From NCBI GenBank assembly GCA_010909165.1, contig MU008187.1, forward strand, positions 438,247 to 502,246: a stretch of DNA of 64,000 nucleotides, given 5' to 3'. This DNA is from Anthoceros angustus. Lineage: Eukaryota; Plantae; Anthocerotophyta. Made by a program: the position numbers and the translations under genes. The notes under the pieces were generated by a model that ran no database searches, was not told the DNA's origin, and was given only the letters and a program-made list of their open reading frames with translations. This document shows, piece by piece, positions 23,342-36,473 of the stretch; the first letter of the stretch is position 1; the number at the start of each line of letters is the position of its first letter.

Positions 23342-24251
23342 GATTCGGCCTCATGTCCCTCCGATTTGTCCCCACCCCCTCAACTTCGCTCCCTTCGCAA
23401 CAACGTTAGAAAGAGGCGCGTCAAGTGCAGAAAAGAGGGTCGAGGATCGATTGAACTGATGGTCAAACAGTTCGAATTGAGATTTTGAGGATAGTTTTTT
23501 CTAGAGAAAAACCTGAATTTTAAATAATGAGAGTTACAAAATGTGTTGAGCATGGAAAAAATTAACAAGCAATTCAATAGACTGCCCAGGCACACACAAC
23601 AACAAAAAAATTAGAGGAGGCCAAGTGTGCAAGGGTCATGATGTAAAGAAGAACTAGGAAAACCATGCTTTCTGCAGATAAAAGAACAAAACAAACGGGA
23701 GTCGCCAAAGACCTTAGGACACTACTAGACTAGCGGTTCATGCCAACTACATCATATTTTAGTTCGTCCAATTGCTGATCCACTCGGGTCCACAAACCAT
23801 TTTGTGGTTTTGTTCAATTTTGCTCAGTACATCTACGATCTGCAACTTTGGAGAGTCAATTCGGCCGATTCGGTTTAGTTTTGAGGCATGTTAGCATTGA
23901 ATTAGCACGAATTGGTATCCGAACGCAATCCCACGTGGCGCTCAATTCACTTTCGTAAGCAGGTATTTATTGCATGTCAGTTTAGTTTCAACTTGTTCTG
24001 ATGTCGAACTGGAATAAGAATAAAAAGCCATAGTTTGACGAAGTTTGAGATTTGTATTTTATATTCTATTATTAAAGTTAATGGTGTCATGGCTCAAGAG
24101 GTCATCTACATGCAGATAGAATTGATTGGCAAGTCGAATATAGTGTAGCAACAAGTCGAATATAGTTTAGCAGCAAGAAAGTTGGGTAGTCTGCAGGAGT
24201 TTGCCATAATTGATAAGTCGGACAAGCTTCTCTAATTGCAATTGGAGATCC
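23116..24251. repeat. Dispersed ~110-bp direct repeat (23116-23222 and 24123-24251)
   Basis: tgattggcaagtcgaa...tttagcagcaagaaa(a/g)ttgggtagtctgcaggagt(c/t)tgccataattga(c/t)aagtcggacaagcttct...gcaattgga(a/g)atcct occurs twice. Confidence 0.9.
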
Positions 24252-24477
24252 TTTCCTCATGCGACATCTTTTTGTTAGTCATTTGCCCTAGATAACTTGG
24301 CCACCTGCACACCCATCTACGTCCTGGCAAAGTGGAATTGGTTTGATTAGGACATACAAGTCTTTGACCCACAGCAGTATCCATGGATTAAGCAAGGCTT
24401 GTGCTGAAGAAAGCAAATAGGAGTGCACTTCATTGAATAAGTAGAGATGGTGTAAGGCCGTCTAAGTCTGACGCAGG

Positions 24478-24564
24478 GTAAGGCACATTTATCCAGGATA
24501 GAGGGTCAATATTTATATAAGGTAAATAAATATTGACCCTCTACACTGGATAAATATACCTTAC
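24478..24564. repeat. Long imperfect inverted repeat (38-bp arms, 11-nt loop); MITE-like remnant or hairpin
   Basis: The left arm gtaaggcacatttatccaggatagagggtcaatattta pairs with the right arm taaatattgaccctctacactggataaatataccttac. Confidence 0.88.
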
Positions 24565-24736
24565 ATAAATGTTAACACTCTACTTCGTTTTTTACTGGAT
24601 ATAATGGTCATTGATAAAATTAATTAATGTTAATATCTTATTTAACTATTTAATTATTGATTTTATTTTCATTTAAATTATTAATTAATTAAAAATAAAT
24701 ATGATGATATACATATTACACCTGGACGACAGTATC

Positions 24737-24980
24737 TACTCCCGAACTGTAACATTTTCTCCCATACTATAACATTTACTCCCATACTATAAGATCTACT
24801 CCTGTACTATAACATTTACTTCCGTACTGTAATATTTACTATCGTACTACTGTAACATTTACTGCCGTACTACTGTAACGTTTACTGCCATACTGTAACA
24901 TTTACTGTCGTACTATAACGTTTACTGCCATACTGTGACATTTACTGCCGTACTGTGACATTACTGCCGTACTGCAACAT
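24737..24980. repeat. 20-bp minisatellite, about 12 degenerate copies (TACTGCCRTACTGTAACATT)
   Basis: Head-to-tail units with no spacers; two units carry an extra TAC. Confidence 0.92.
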
Positions 24981-25468
24981 CTGTCCAAAGTAGACTGTAC
25001 CATAAGATACCTGAAGAAGGAGCCCCAGAGGCCTCATGGAGTCCCATAGGCTCAGTGTAGGAAGACACAACCAAGCTCCCTGTAGTAAAGCCTTTGAGAG
25101 AATCCTAAATCCTGGTTCCACTCTACAAAGATGAGACAAAAATCATCCTCCTTTTGCATTGCAGTATCAACGCAATCGATGCATCCTGCTTGGATTTCAT
25201 TCTTGTTTGGTGACGATGATGCTGCATGGCCGAAGTTGCAAGCGGATTTCTAGAGGTTTGCAGATGATGATAAGAACGAACATGACCAACCTATTAACAA
25301 GTGTGAGCAGGGATGGCGCGCTCTGATCTACTCCAGTTCACAAGGCCAGTACAGGGCCTATCCGTCTCCATGCCGGCCTCGTCCTCCATGCTGCGATGTA
25401 AAGCCGCAATAAATACAGGAACCCAAAAAATCCTCCGAACAACCAAGGCAAACGATGTCGCAAGAAGC

Positions 25469-27252
25469 TCAAGCTGGTGCCTCACCGTTGGCTGTGTCTT
25501 CCAGAACGGAGCAAACACTGGCTTCGTCGCTCCGGGACAGCTCAGGGCAGACCGGGGGGTGGACGGCAGTGGAAAATCCTGTCACATTCGAGCAGTTCCA
25601 GTCGGTCGTGGTCCCGAGGAGGGAGACGTAAGCGACGCATATGTCGAAGAAAGGGGCGTCCTGTAAGCCCTGGAGGTGGCCTGCCGTCTTGATCTGCTCT
25701 CCAAGGATAGAAGAGTACAGAATTCTGTCTATCCGGGGCAGAGCATCGAGGCTCCAGTGGTCGCCCGGATGCTCGCCGTAGTTGCTCGTAATTTCAATGG
25801 CCGTGGTCACGTTTCTCATTTCGACATCGGTGAAGGTGACGTTCTCCACATAGCCGCCCCGCCCTGGTGAGGTTTTGATGCGAAGCCCCCTCCTCGAGTT
25901 ATGGATTATCACTCGTTCTGCATACACGTTTCCGACTCCTCCTGACATCTCGCTACCTATGGCTATGCCTGAACTGGTCGGGGTCTCTGCGATCAGCCCG
26001 CGTATCACTATGTTTGAACTTGGGCAACCATAGGCTATACCATAGTCATCCCATCCACTCTTGATGGAGATGGCATCATCTCCAACACTGATGTAACAGT
26101 TCTCTATGCAGACATTGGTTGATGAATCTGCAAGGGGCAAGGCAGTTAGAAGAGGGCTGCTGCATGCAGCAAGATGGAATCTGTGCTTCACTTGGTTGTG
26201 TCAGGTCACCTTGAGCTCTGTCTTTGCAGACATACCTGGATCGATTCCATCGGTATTGGGAGAGCTGTGTGGGCTGAGAATGGTCACGTCCTGAATCTTC
26301 ACGTCACTGCAGCACCAGGAATTTGAACTCTCCAACGTCAGCTTGGATTTCCACCATGTTCAGGGCACCAATCCAAACTGGTTAGACGACAACACGGGAG
26401 GTGGAAGCGACACCTACGTGCAGTAAACAGGGTGCAGAGTCCAGAAGGGAGAGTTGGCAAGCGTGATGTTTGATATGATTATCTGTGTGGACCACATGAG
26501 CTCCAGGAGATGAGGTCTGGTGAAATCCAGGGTCTTACCCCTGAAGGCCGTCCACCAAACTGCGCCCTGACCGTCAATCGTGCCATTCTCACCTGCAGGG
26601 CAGCGCAGGAGGTGAGATTACAATGCCACCGACAATAGAATCGGTGAGAGCTGAATTCTGCACTTGTCTACCTGTGATGACAACATCCTGCAGATTCTCC
26701 CCGTGGATGAGACTGATGTGCCTTCCACCCGGCAGCTCTCTGCCCTGACCGTAGGACGGCAGAGGATCCACTATGGCATAATCTTCGAAGTCCTGGAAGC
26801 AGCAACCCGAGTCCACTTCAGCGCTGCACAGACATGATGCAATTCGTTGATTCCTGTAGCATGCAGCATACCTGGGATCCCAGGATGACCGCATCACGGT
26901 CCAGGAACAGGGTGAGATGGCTGGTGAGGTTGAAGCTGCCGGTGAGCCAGGTCCCTGCGGGCACGTAGAGCTGCGCACCTCCCTTGTCAGAGAAGTCCTG
27001 GACGTGGTAGATGGCGTTCTGGAAGGCACGGGTGTTGAGGGTCTTGCCATCGCCCACAGCCCCGAAATCCGCCAGGGAGAAGCGGTGGGGGCGGGATCCG
27101 TGCTGCCCCAGGTGCCGCAGGTTCCTGCAGCTTCCGTCGAAGTGGGCTTGGCGCTGGGCGGTGGCCCCGTCGTAGCCACATTGGCCTGCTGTCGAGGCCC
27201 TCAGCCCGCTGGAAGCGACGAGGAGCAGGAGCAGGAGGCGCAGGAGAGCCAT
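25469..27252 (-). CDS. Glycoside hydrolase family 28 polygalacturonase-like protein with signal peptide, multi-exon
   Basis: MALLRLLLLLLVASS signal; FSLADFGAVGDGKTLNTRAFQNAI; GSFNLTSHLTLFL; SPHTNTDGIDP-type exon; CYISVGDDAISIKSGWD; SSGIAIGSEMSGG; RIKT. Confidence 0.95.
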
Positions 27253-27522
27253 CTTCCCCGATTCCAGTGATGGCTGGGTCTGGTGTGGGAGCGGGAGGGA
27301 TGCATGAGCATGGCTGGGTCTGGTGCGGAAGCGGGAGGGATGCATGCGCTGCGCCGCTGCGGACCGGGCGGAGCGCTCAGGAAGACGGATGGGCCCGGGC
27401 TGGAGAGAACGGGCTGGCCGAGGGGATGAAGGCAGATGTGGGCAGCTGCTACACTTAGAAATTGCTGCTTTCAGTACGTGGCTGCCTATTTCGATCCAGT
27501 CGGTGTGCAGCAGAGCGCAGCC

Positions 27523-28352
27523 ATGGCCGATGTTGCTGGCTGTGTCGGCCGGCTGAGGTGGGCGGCTGCGGAGGCCAGGGAGGCAGGGGAGACGCAGCCC
27601 GAGGCCGTGCATCTGCTGCCATGCTGTATCGCCCACAGCGGAGTTGCTCCTGTTTCCCAGTTTTTCAGGCCCAGTGACTCTGGTGAGCTTTGCTGCCCTC
27701 TCTCCCTGGCTCGTGAAAGATTCAGGGCGGCTTGGCTCATGCATGCTCTCGCAGGAGTGAGCGCCGACGGCGTTGCTTACAAGGAGGCAGCTTTCCGCGG
27801 GAGGAAGCTGCTGGGCTCCACTCTGGCACCGGCTCCCGGTTTCTGTGGTGTGTGCCAACTCTCCTGCTCTGCTTCTTGCGGAATGGCGTGCAGAGTCAGG
27901 CAGAAGGCTTCATTCCGGCTGTTTCAGGGCTGGTTCTGGAGAAGGCCATACACGACCCCGAGAGCTCGCTGGAGTTCGACTCGTGGAAGGCTCGGGCCCT
28001 CTTTCGGGAGCTGACGTACTGGAACCATGATACGGTTCCTTCGGATGCAGACCCGGCAAGGCGCTGTGTTGAGTGGCTTGAGGTGGCGAACATGGTGGGT
28101 GGTGCAGTCGTTCACCTTTGCTGCGCAGGCAACATGCTCGTTGTGTTGTAAATTCCGTGCTCCGGCAGATGCAGGAGCCGGTGACTGAAGAAGACGTGGC
28201 GTGCATGCTGGAAGAGCAAAATCTAGCATCAGGTCCGTAAGCTGCAAGGGTTAAAGATGGGCGTACGTTCATGGTGCCTTTCGTGCGTCTTGCGTGACTC
28301 TCTTGGCATTTCAGGGGCGAAGAGGAAGAGCGAGGTCATCTGTCTCGATTGA
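27523..28352 (+). CDS. RNASEH2C: Ribonuclease H2 subunit C, multi-exon
   Basis: Exons VHLLPCCIAHSGVAPVSQFF, EAAFRGRKLLG and FRELTYWNHDTVPSDADPARRCVEWLEVA are the RNase_H2_suC signature blocks. Ends GAKRKSEVICLD*. Confidence 0.88.
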
Positions 28353-28546
28353 CGATGACTTGCCAGCTACAGCTTGGCCTAATGAACAACCATATTAGCT
28401 ACTGATGGACAGCCCACCAAGTGGAGGGCCATCAGCAACAGGAGGACATGAATACATGGTCGGACACAGGGAAACGTTCTCAACTCTTTCGCGTCACAAT
28501 TCCCAAGGGAGGCCATCGAGGTCTCTGGCTTTTTGAGGAACGGCAG

Positions 28547-31539
28547 TTACTGCTCTATCTTCCCAGGAACACCACCGATTGCTCGATGAACCTGTTCTTG
28601 CTGGCTCCCCGTGACCAGCACTTTGTAAGGGTTAAGTATGCCGTTGGGATCAAAAAGGTTCTTCAGCTCCACCATCATATCAACCTACAATGTGCAGCCG
28701 TCAGGATCTCAACACAAGAACTGCATCACACCCCGAAAGCAGGTCTTATCTTACAGCGGCAGCAGATTTGCTGTAGCCTATGGCATGAGCCTTCATGAGA
28801 CCCAGGCCGTGCTCCGCACTCACACTGCCCTTACAAGACGCCGTCCACTCGTAAACGAATGGCTCGATTTTTGCAAGTAACTGTATGGGAATCTGATCAG
28901 AAACTGGGTGACAAAAGAATCAGAAGTTCTACACCTAATTAGTTCCAAGTTAGGGGCTGTTTTTGTATTGAAAGTGCACCGCAGCTCTACCTTCTCATCG
29001 TACTTGGGAGCTGATACGTTCAGATGTAGGTTGCCATCCCCTAGATGCCCATAGCCAACTACTGTTGCAGAATCACCTACACCCACACGGTCCATTGAAA
29101 ATCTGGGATCAGTAGCGAGCAGAACAGACACAGCAGTTGAGCATGTGGCACTTGGATCAATATTGCAAAAGTTACCGAGTCGTGTTCTTAGTTCATCAAC
29201 TAGGCCATAGAGCTGCTTGACTGGAAATGACAAATCATACTTGTATACTGCTCCTGCTTTCTGCAGTGCTTCCGCAATTCCCTGCATTTCACAAGTATGT
29301 GGATCAACTTCCAATAATACCAACTGCCGACATGTATCCAGCCAGGCATACACTTGAGGTAATATTGCACCTCACGAATTCGCCAAAAAGCTGCAGTCTG
29401 GGTTGCATCTTGTGCTACAACGCCATCCAGCACAAGATCCTTTTCCATAGATGATTCCAAAAACGTATCCAGCTTTTCCCTGAAGGACAAACCAAAACAT
29501 AGATGCATGCACATCAGCAAAAGGCAGATTAGCAGAGGTGCCCAAGACACTACATCTCAATGATGGCTGATGCAATCACTTGTCATGGATTGAGTTGCTT
29601 CCAGTTGTCTCAACAAGAAGGTAGAATTGTTGACTCGAGTCTGGCAAAGGGTGTCGAGCACCATCCAAGTGCTTCAACACCTGCCCTGACCACCAGCACA
29701 TGGTTACAAACTAGGATCCATGCCCCTTCAGTCTCAGTTTACAAGATCGTTACAACAATATACACCTTGCCAGAGTTGAAACACGTACAAGGTCTAGTGC
29801 TGCCCGATCAACCATTTCAAAAGCAGACAGGATCTCGCCTAGTTGTCTTCTAGCCAGGATAAACGTCTCCTGATCAAATCAAAATTGCTATTGATATCTC
29901 AGATTGACACCCTAAAGGTCAAAGATAAAGCATCCCAAGTGAGACTTTCCAGGAGCTTGGCAAAGCTGAAGACAGACCTGGCAGGTAGCAAAATCCTTGC
30001 AAGCTAGAAAAGCAACGTTCACAGATGATAGCCGAGGGGGAGTCAAGATTGACACCTTTGTCACCACTCCAAGAGTACCCTCTCCACCTTTTCGTATACC
30101 AGGCAGAAAATGATGAGGCTAGACTGACTACCATGGTGGAGCAAGAAAGGACCCAGTGACAGACATACGGCTTACCAATGAAAAGCTGCTTCAAGTCATA
30201 GCCGGTGTTATCTTTCCTGAGACTACTCAGCATATCAACAACTGTACCATTTGCAAGCACAACTTCAACCCCTGCAATGGTAGAACGTAAAGCAAACCCT
30301 TGTCAGCAGAACATCAGCAATCTCACAATCGATTTGTCAAGAACCTATAGAACCAGAACCAAGTACAGACAAGATGTATGTAAAACAAATGTGAGTCAAC
30401 TAACCAAGAACACTGCCACGAAGTGACCCATACCGCAACAACCTCAGGCCACCAGCATTTGTGGACACATTCCCCCCAATCTGACAGCTCCCTTTTGCCC
30501 CTAAGTCCAAAGGCATTGTGAACCTTCCCATGACAAACACGTTCGGAAACCGTAAACCCAAATATGGTTGGCTTTAAGCAACACCTTCACAATTCCCAAA
30601 AGGATGCACACAATTGCATCAGACCACGTCCAATTGGGCTCACCCTAAGTTGCTGACATAGGCATCCAAATTCTCAAGAATGCAGCCTGCCTCACAAACC
30701 AGAATTCCGCTGACCTGCAACAACGTGGGAATCGACTCAAGCACTAAAACTCCAAGCTATTCCACAAGTGCAGGTAGGAAAGTCAGCAAAGATGAGGAGA
30801 CGGGGAGGAAAATCAAACCTCATCAAAAGAGATGACATTGTTCATTGCCCCAAGGTTCAGTATAATCTGGGACAGCAAATCAACCAGCGGTGAGCTGCAA
30901 GCAGGGATGATGGGGATGCCAGCCCGTCTACAATTCAATCAGGTTGGTACAAGTCGGACCTCATCAAAGACAGGGACACTCCCTCCAACCAAGCCTGTGT
31001 TCCCACCCTGCGGAACACAAGCCAGACGTCTTGAATTGCAGTACTTGAGCACCTGCGACACCTGCGAAGCAAGCGAAATTGAGGTCAACCCTTTCGTCCT
31101 TCCTAATTTGCGTGCATGCAAGCATTTCGTGAAGGATCAAGCACACTAACTTGGTCGGTTGTTTGGGGACGAAGAAGGAGCGGACTGTTTCCGTGGTACT
31201 TTTCCATCCAATCAGTGTTCGCCACTTTGAGCTCATCCGGATCCACAACCACGCCCCTGTCTCCCAGTATTTGTCGAAACCATGAGACATCAGAGTCCTT
31301 GAGGCTGGAAAAGCGCGCATCTCGTTCGATCGCAGGACCTTGCGTGGCGCTTGCAAACCATCTTGTCCGGCATTCTCCGGCAGGGAACTTGAACAAACTG
31401 CCCCGGAGCTGCAGAGAATGCAGCTCGGAGGAAGAGGCTGCTGCAAGCAAGAATCACCCACCACCCACCAGAACGCAGCTGAGACAGCTGCCAATTCGAA
31501 ACGCGCGGGGAGTGCGACTGGCTCACAAGAAAATGCCAT
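28547..31539 (-). CDS. D2HGDH: D-2-hydroxyglutarate dehydrogenase, mitochondrial FAD-linked oxidase, multi-exon
   Basis: [66 protein letters not shown] and C-terminal [13 protein letters not shown]. The start at 31539 assumes an 86-nt intron at 31441-31526 that gives a transit-peptide-like N-terminus. Confidence 0.94.
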
Positions 31540-32456
31540 GCCACGGCCGAGATTGGGCACCTTGAAATGCTCGTCTCCGGCTGAGGAGGTATCGAGCCAG
31601 CCAGGATCGCGCTTGGGCCATCCCGGGCCAGTAGGCAGCAAGAGGCAGAGACCCAACTTACGGCTGGGTGCAAGAATTTTGTGGGCGGTGGGCTCCCGGA
31701 TTCGGAATCACGATTCCCGCTTGCACGCACTGGCAATCGGATCCGATTGCGCACCGACAGCAGAAAATGCGCATTACACGCAACAGGTGTTGTTATTCCC
31801 CCAAAGCCAGTGGTGGTGAGAGATACCTTTACCGGTCGCAGCGTCCTCCAACCTGGGCAGCAGCTTCAAACGCTAGGACCGAGCAGCAGACCAATAGATA
31901 GCGCCCTTTCCTGTGCCCGGACGGCATGCGACAGAGGCGCGTAACGCGTGCCGCATCTGGCAGCAGGACTCTTCGTCTTGCCGTTTCCGCTACACATACA
32001 CCCACATGCTCTGTGGCTCTGAATGCAGCCAGCCCAAAAGCAGCCCAGTGCATTACCTGCGATCGGCTGCCGTTCCACCCGCTGGCGCTGCAGGCTGCAG
32101 CCAGCGCAGTGCTGAGCTAGGGTTGTGGGCGGTCAACTCAGGCTCCTGCCGAGAGTGGGGAAATGTGCTTGCAGCAGTCTTGCTTCTGGCGTCAGGGCAG
32201 AGAGATTGGACTGGTGCTGAGGAATTGGTGAATTGCAGGGCAGCATGGGAGGGAGTGAGCGCTGGTGGTGGGGATAGGGTTGACAGTCTGCAATTCTTGT
32301 GGTCGAAGGTACTTGCAGGATTATGCAAGGCTTCCTCTGCTTGCATGCAACGGCAGGCATGGTCATGAACCTGTTCAGGGCAGGGCAATGGGAGTAGGAA
32401 GGTAGCCTTAACGGGAGAGGGAAAGGAAGCGAAGGGAAGGTTGTGATCGATTGTCG

Positions 32457-35400
32457 ATGACTCGGGTGGTGGTGCAGCGAGTAGGGGGGCCAGCGAACCC
32501 GTCGCAGAGAAGGGATGCCACCCCGTCTGCGTCATCCGCGTCCTCGTCGTCATCATCCTCGGTTTCTGCCCCTTATTCCCCTGCCTTCCCACCTGAGTCT
32601 GCCTCCGCGGAGGATGAGAGTGAGCATCATGGGTATGGAGAATCGGGCAATTTGGCAACTGATCCGGATAGCAGGTACTCGACTTGCAGCTCGCGGGAGA
32701 GGGATGAAGTTGGGCAGAAGGAGAATTGCGGTCTGGACAACTTGCCGGAAGGTTTGGACAGGAGGAGAGAAGGAGAACTGGGTGCGGTCTTGAGTGCTGC
32801 ACAGGTGGCCGGGGAGGGGAGGATTGAGGGCAGCGGTGTTTGGGGGGAGGGAGAATTCGGAAGAGCACTGGACTTGTCTGACGAGGATGAAGGGGCAAGT
32901 TGGGCATCTGAAAGGTCGGGTCCAGAGTGTGAGAATGTGGAGTGTGTGAGACCTGAACAGAGCATGGGGACGGAGCTTGCTGCAGGGGATGTAAGTGGGC
33001 GTGTTCAGTTTCAAACTCAGCATTGCAGCCAATGTTCCGGTGCCTCGTTCCATGTGTCAAGTACTTGCCCTGTCCAGCAATCTGCTCAGCAGGCCCTTGC
33101 TGCTGAGTCTCTTGGACATGCTACAGCTCAGCATTTGGTGCCTAGCTTGCAGTACCATCTTGAAGCGGGTGGTGGCGGGGCTGTTGCCTTTGAGAAGGAG
33201 GAGGTGGATGGGGGGAGGGCCAGCTGTGTGCGGAACGTCATAGAGTCGGTGGGCTGCTCGTATGTGTCAGCACCTGCCCCAGCTGCATCCTTGTCATCGT
33301 GTTCGTCCAAGTCTGTTAGCAGGAGAGGTGGTTGGATTGGACCTGCTGGATCTGGGGTAAGAGCGAGTGGTCCTTCAAGGAGGCTTCCAAGGGCTATGAA
33401 GAGTTCCAGGGTGTCACCAAATGGCTCCCGTCCATCATCTCCCAGGTCCTTTGGTGAAGGTGATGGCTACAACAGTGCGGATGAGCAGAGTGCATGGGGC
33501 TCCGGGCCAGTTGCCTACGAAGATGATGTACGCAGTGAATCTCTCTCCCAGTTCTCTGAATTGTTGTTGTCATGCACACTTGTCCTCCCATTTCATTTCC
33601 AGCTCATGTACTCGGGGTGGAAGTGGTCTATGGTGGAGGTGAAGATGCTTACAGTGGCTGTCTTCTGCAGGGTGAGAGAGAGAGGCAGTTTGAAATTGAT
33701 CTTCGGCGACTGAAGAACTTGGAGGTTAGAAGGATGGCAGAGGATGGCAACTGCCTCTTCAGGGCTGTTGCGGACCAGGTTTATGGTGACACAGAAATGT
33801 ACGATGATACAAGGCAGTTGTGCATAGACTACATGGTAAAGTCACACTTGCAAAGTGAAAATCTGACTGGGTCTTTGATGACATTGATGCTGTAAATGTG
33901 ATTACACACTCCAATATCTGGCCCTCCAGGTTCATTTGACTGTGATCTTGTGCATTATACCACGTTTTGGGACCTTTTTTGTCTCTGAGGGTCGGGATTC
34001 GATGAATGCCATGGTGCAGAGCCTGCTTATTTTCAGTCTGTCGGCTTCCTGGGATCCTGGTTCTGTCTCTTTCGGTGGACTTTGGCCAAGATTTTTGCAT
34101 GGAAGGATAACATCACCTGCCACTCTTGTGCAGGAGAAAGAGAGGGATCACTTTTCATCATTTGTCACAGAGAGCTTCACAGCTTATTGCAAAAGGAAAC
34201 GAAGAGACAAGGTGCCAGCCAGAATATTGTCCACATGTACCCTGAGAGCTAGTTATCTCTGATGACTTCAGCCTAGACGTGAGAAGAGAAATGAGACTAT
34301 CATCTGGCCTTTGCACTCACACTAGACCGGATACGCTTGTTTCGTTGTCAGGTGTATGGGAACAACCTTGAGATTCAAGCAATGGCTGAAATGTACAATC
34401 GACCCATCCACATTTACTCCTATTCAACAGGTAATTGATAACTGTGTTTAGCATATTCATGTCACAGTTCCTCCAAATTCTTACCTTGTTGCCAGTAAGC
34501 ACAATTTTTAACAGTCGTTTTGTCCTTCAGAGCCTATTAACATCTTTCATGGGAGTTATGAGACTGACTTGCCTCCAATGCGGCTCAGTTATCACCGTAG
34601 TAACCACTATAATTCTCTCGTCGATCCATGTAAGCCTGCTGTGGGGGCAGGTCTTGGGTTTAGTAGTCTTCGTGGGGTAAGCTTCCTTATCCTAGACTGT
34701 TGAGATGGAATGGATGGTTGATTTTGAAGAGCAGTAGCCTGCTCTAAATGCTGAACCATTTGTTAGTGAGCCTGAACTTTGGTTAGAAAGTGTCACACAA
34801 GGAATCCCAGTCGGTGGTATGAGACGATTCCACTAAAGTGACCTCAGTGCAGAAAGGAAAAAGGTCTTGGGTCTTGTTTATGGTGGGTCTTTAGCCTTGT
34901 TGTTCCATCATTTTACAGTGCGATAGAGATGGTCACACTAGTTGTCAGGTCTTGTGTCTCTGAGGATCACCAGGTTGAATCCCATGATTGCTTGTTTGAG
35001 TACAGAGGAATGTTGATAGAGAACAAGTTAAGGCTGCAATCAAGGCCCAGCAAGAGCAACAGATAGATAAAGTAAGTGGCTTTTTGAAGTTTGGTCTGGA
35101 GCAAAAAGGTTCTATGAACTTGAGGTACATATGAGATTGTTGCTGATGCAAAAGATGCATGCAGGCCCTTCTTGCTGAGGGTAGGTTCTACTCGGACTTG
35201 GAGCTGACTGAGCAAGAAATAGAGCGGATGGTGATGGAGGCATCCCGAGCTGAGTTCCTAGCCGAAGAAAACCACAGGCAGCAGTTTCCAGGGAATGAAG
35301 AGACGTCAAGTTCTGCCAGTGGCATGCCATCATCCTCTCGCACAAGTGAGCACATGTCTTCGAGAGTTGGAAACCTTTTTTCGCACATTGATTGATGGTG

Positions 35401-35739
35401 TGCCTCTTTGTTTTGTTACTTATCGTTCCACTTTGACCACCAGCGGCCATCCCAGAGGGTGCTGGCACTGTGGTAGTCGAGCAATTTCAGGGGTTGCAGC
35501 ATACTAGCCGTGCTATCAGTCCTTCCACAGCCGCCAGCACTGGTTCCGATGTTCAGCTGCCCAGCAATGTTAGGATGCTGCTGTCCATGGGCTTTAGTTA
35601 CTTGCGAGTCATGGAGGCGCATACCATCTTCGGGGATGATGTCAACAATATGCTTTGCTATTTATTGGAGACGGAAACAGGCAGCTTAGAAGATGGAGAA
35701 AATATGTGCAGAAGGAAAGGCAAAGCTACCGAAGGCTAG
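32457..35739 (+). CDS. OTLD1: OTU-domain deubiquitinase with C-terminal UBA-like domain (OTLD1/OTU6-like), multi-exon
   Basis: MTRVVVQR start; SRPSSPRS..GDGYNSADE; RRMAEDGNCLFRAVADQVYGD; YGNNLEIQAMAEMYNRPIHIY; RLSYHRSNHYNS; ALLAEGRFYSDLELTE; MLLSMGFSY...RRKGKATE. Confidence 0.94.
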
Positions 35740-36334
35740 TATCGATGTGTATATCAGTGCATTGGATCACTTTGCATGTTGCTGCGAAGGCAACTTGTAC
35801 ACTGAACATGTTGGCAAGCTTCCCAGTGTTCACTCAAAATCCTCTCCAAAACCCTTTTCAACGATGAGAAGGGAAGGGAAAATGTAAAATAAGTGTCTAA
35901 ACATTTTAGCAGTTTCCCGTGACGCACGCTGTATGAACGTTGGTTGCAAGCGCAGAGGTTCGAAACGTATTCGCACGTCTCCAAGTTTTGGGGTGAAGGC
36001 TTTTCTATCAGAGTGTAATTAAGAAATCAAGGTTAGGTATAAGATTATATTTTTTATATTTTGATTGAAAAATGTAAATAATGTACTTATATTTATTTTA
36101 ATTAAAAATTATGCTATATGTGATTTGCTTCATTAGATTTAATATTAGATTAGGAACCTACTATAATAGTAATGAATAGGTAGTCATATTTATACTTGTG
36201 TTTATTGATGGGTACTTAGGTGTACTTATAAGCTTTAGCTTTTGATAGTATAGATATCCATGAGTCTTTTGAGAGTAAGAAAGAGTTAAGTGAGGATCTA
36301 ACAAAATCTTATAAAAAGAAGAATGAAATTGGAT

Positions 36335-36424
36335 ATTGATAATGAACTTTGAAATTGATAATGAACTTTGACATTGATAATGAATTTTGAGATTGATAAT
36401 GAACTTTGAGATTGATAATGAACA
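36335..36424. repeat. 19-bp tandem repeat x5 (ATTGATAATGAACTTTGAN) just 3' of the lipocalin gene
   Basis: Units start at 36335, 36354, 36373, 36392 and 36411. Confidence 0.92.
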
Positions 36425-36473
36425 TTTTACAGCAAGATCAAACTTTGAGATTACATTGATTGAATAGTTTCAA

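Noticed and set aside
23720-23729. CACTACTAGA, resembling a CACTA/EnSpm terminus
   Set aside because: No matching inverted end, subterminal repeats or 3-bp TSD were found, and the transposase is not Tnp2-like.
24737-24980. CRISPR-like appearance of the short repeat arrays (also 14024-14130 and 36335-36424)
   Set aside because: The units are head-to-tail with no unique spacers, there are no cas genes, and the context is eukaryotic.
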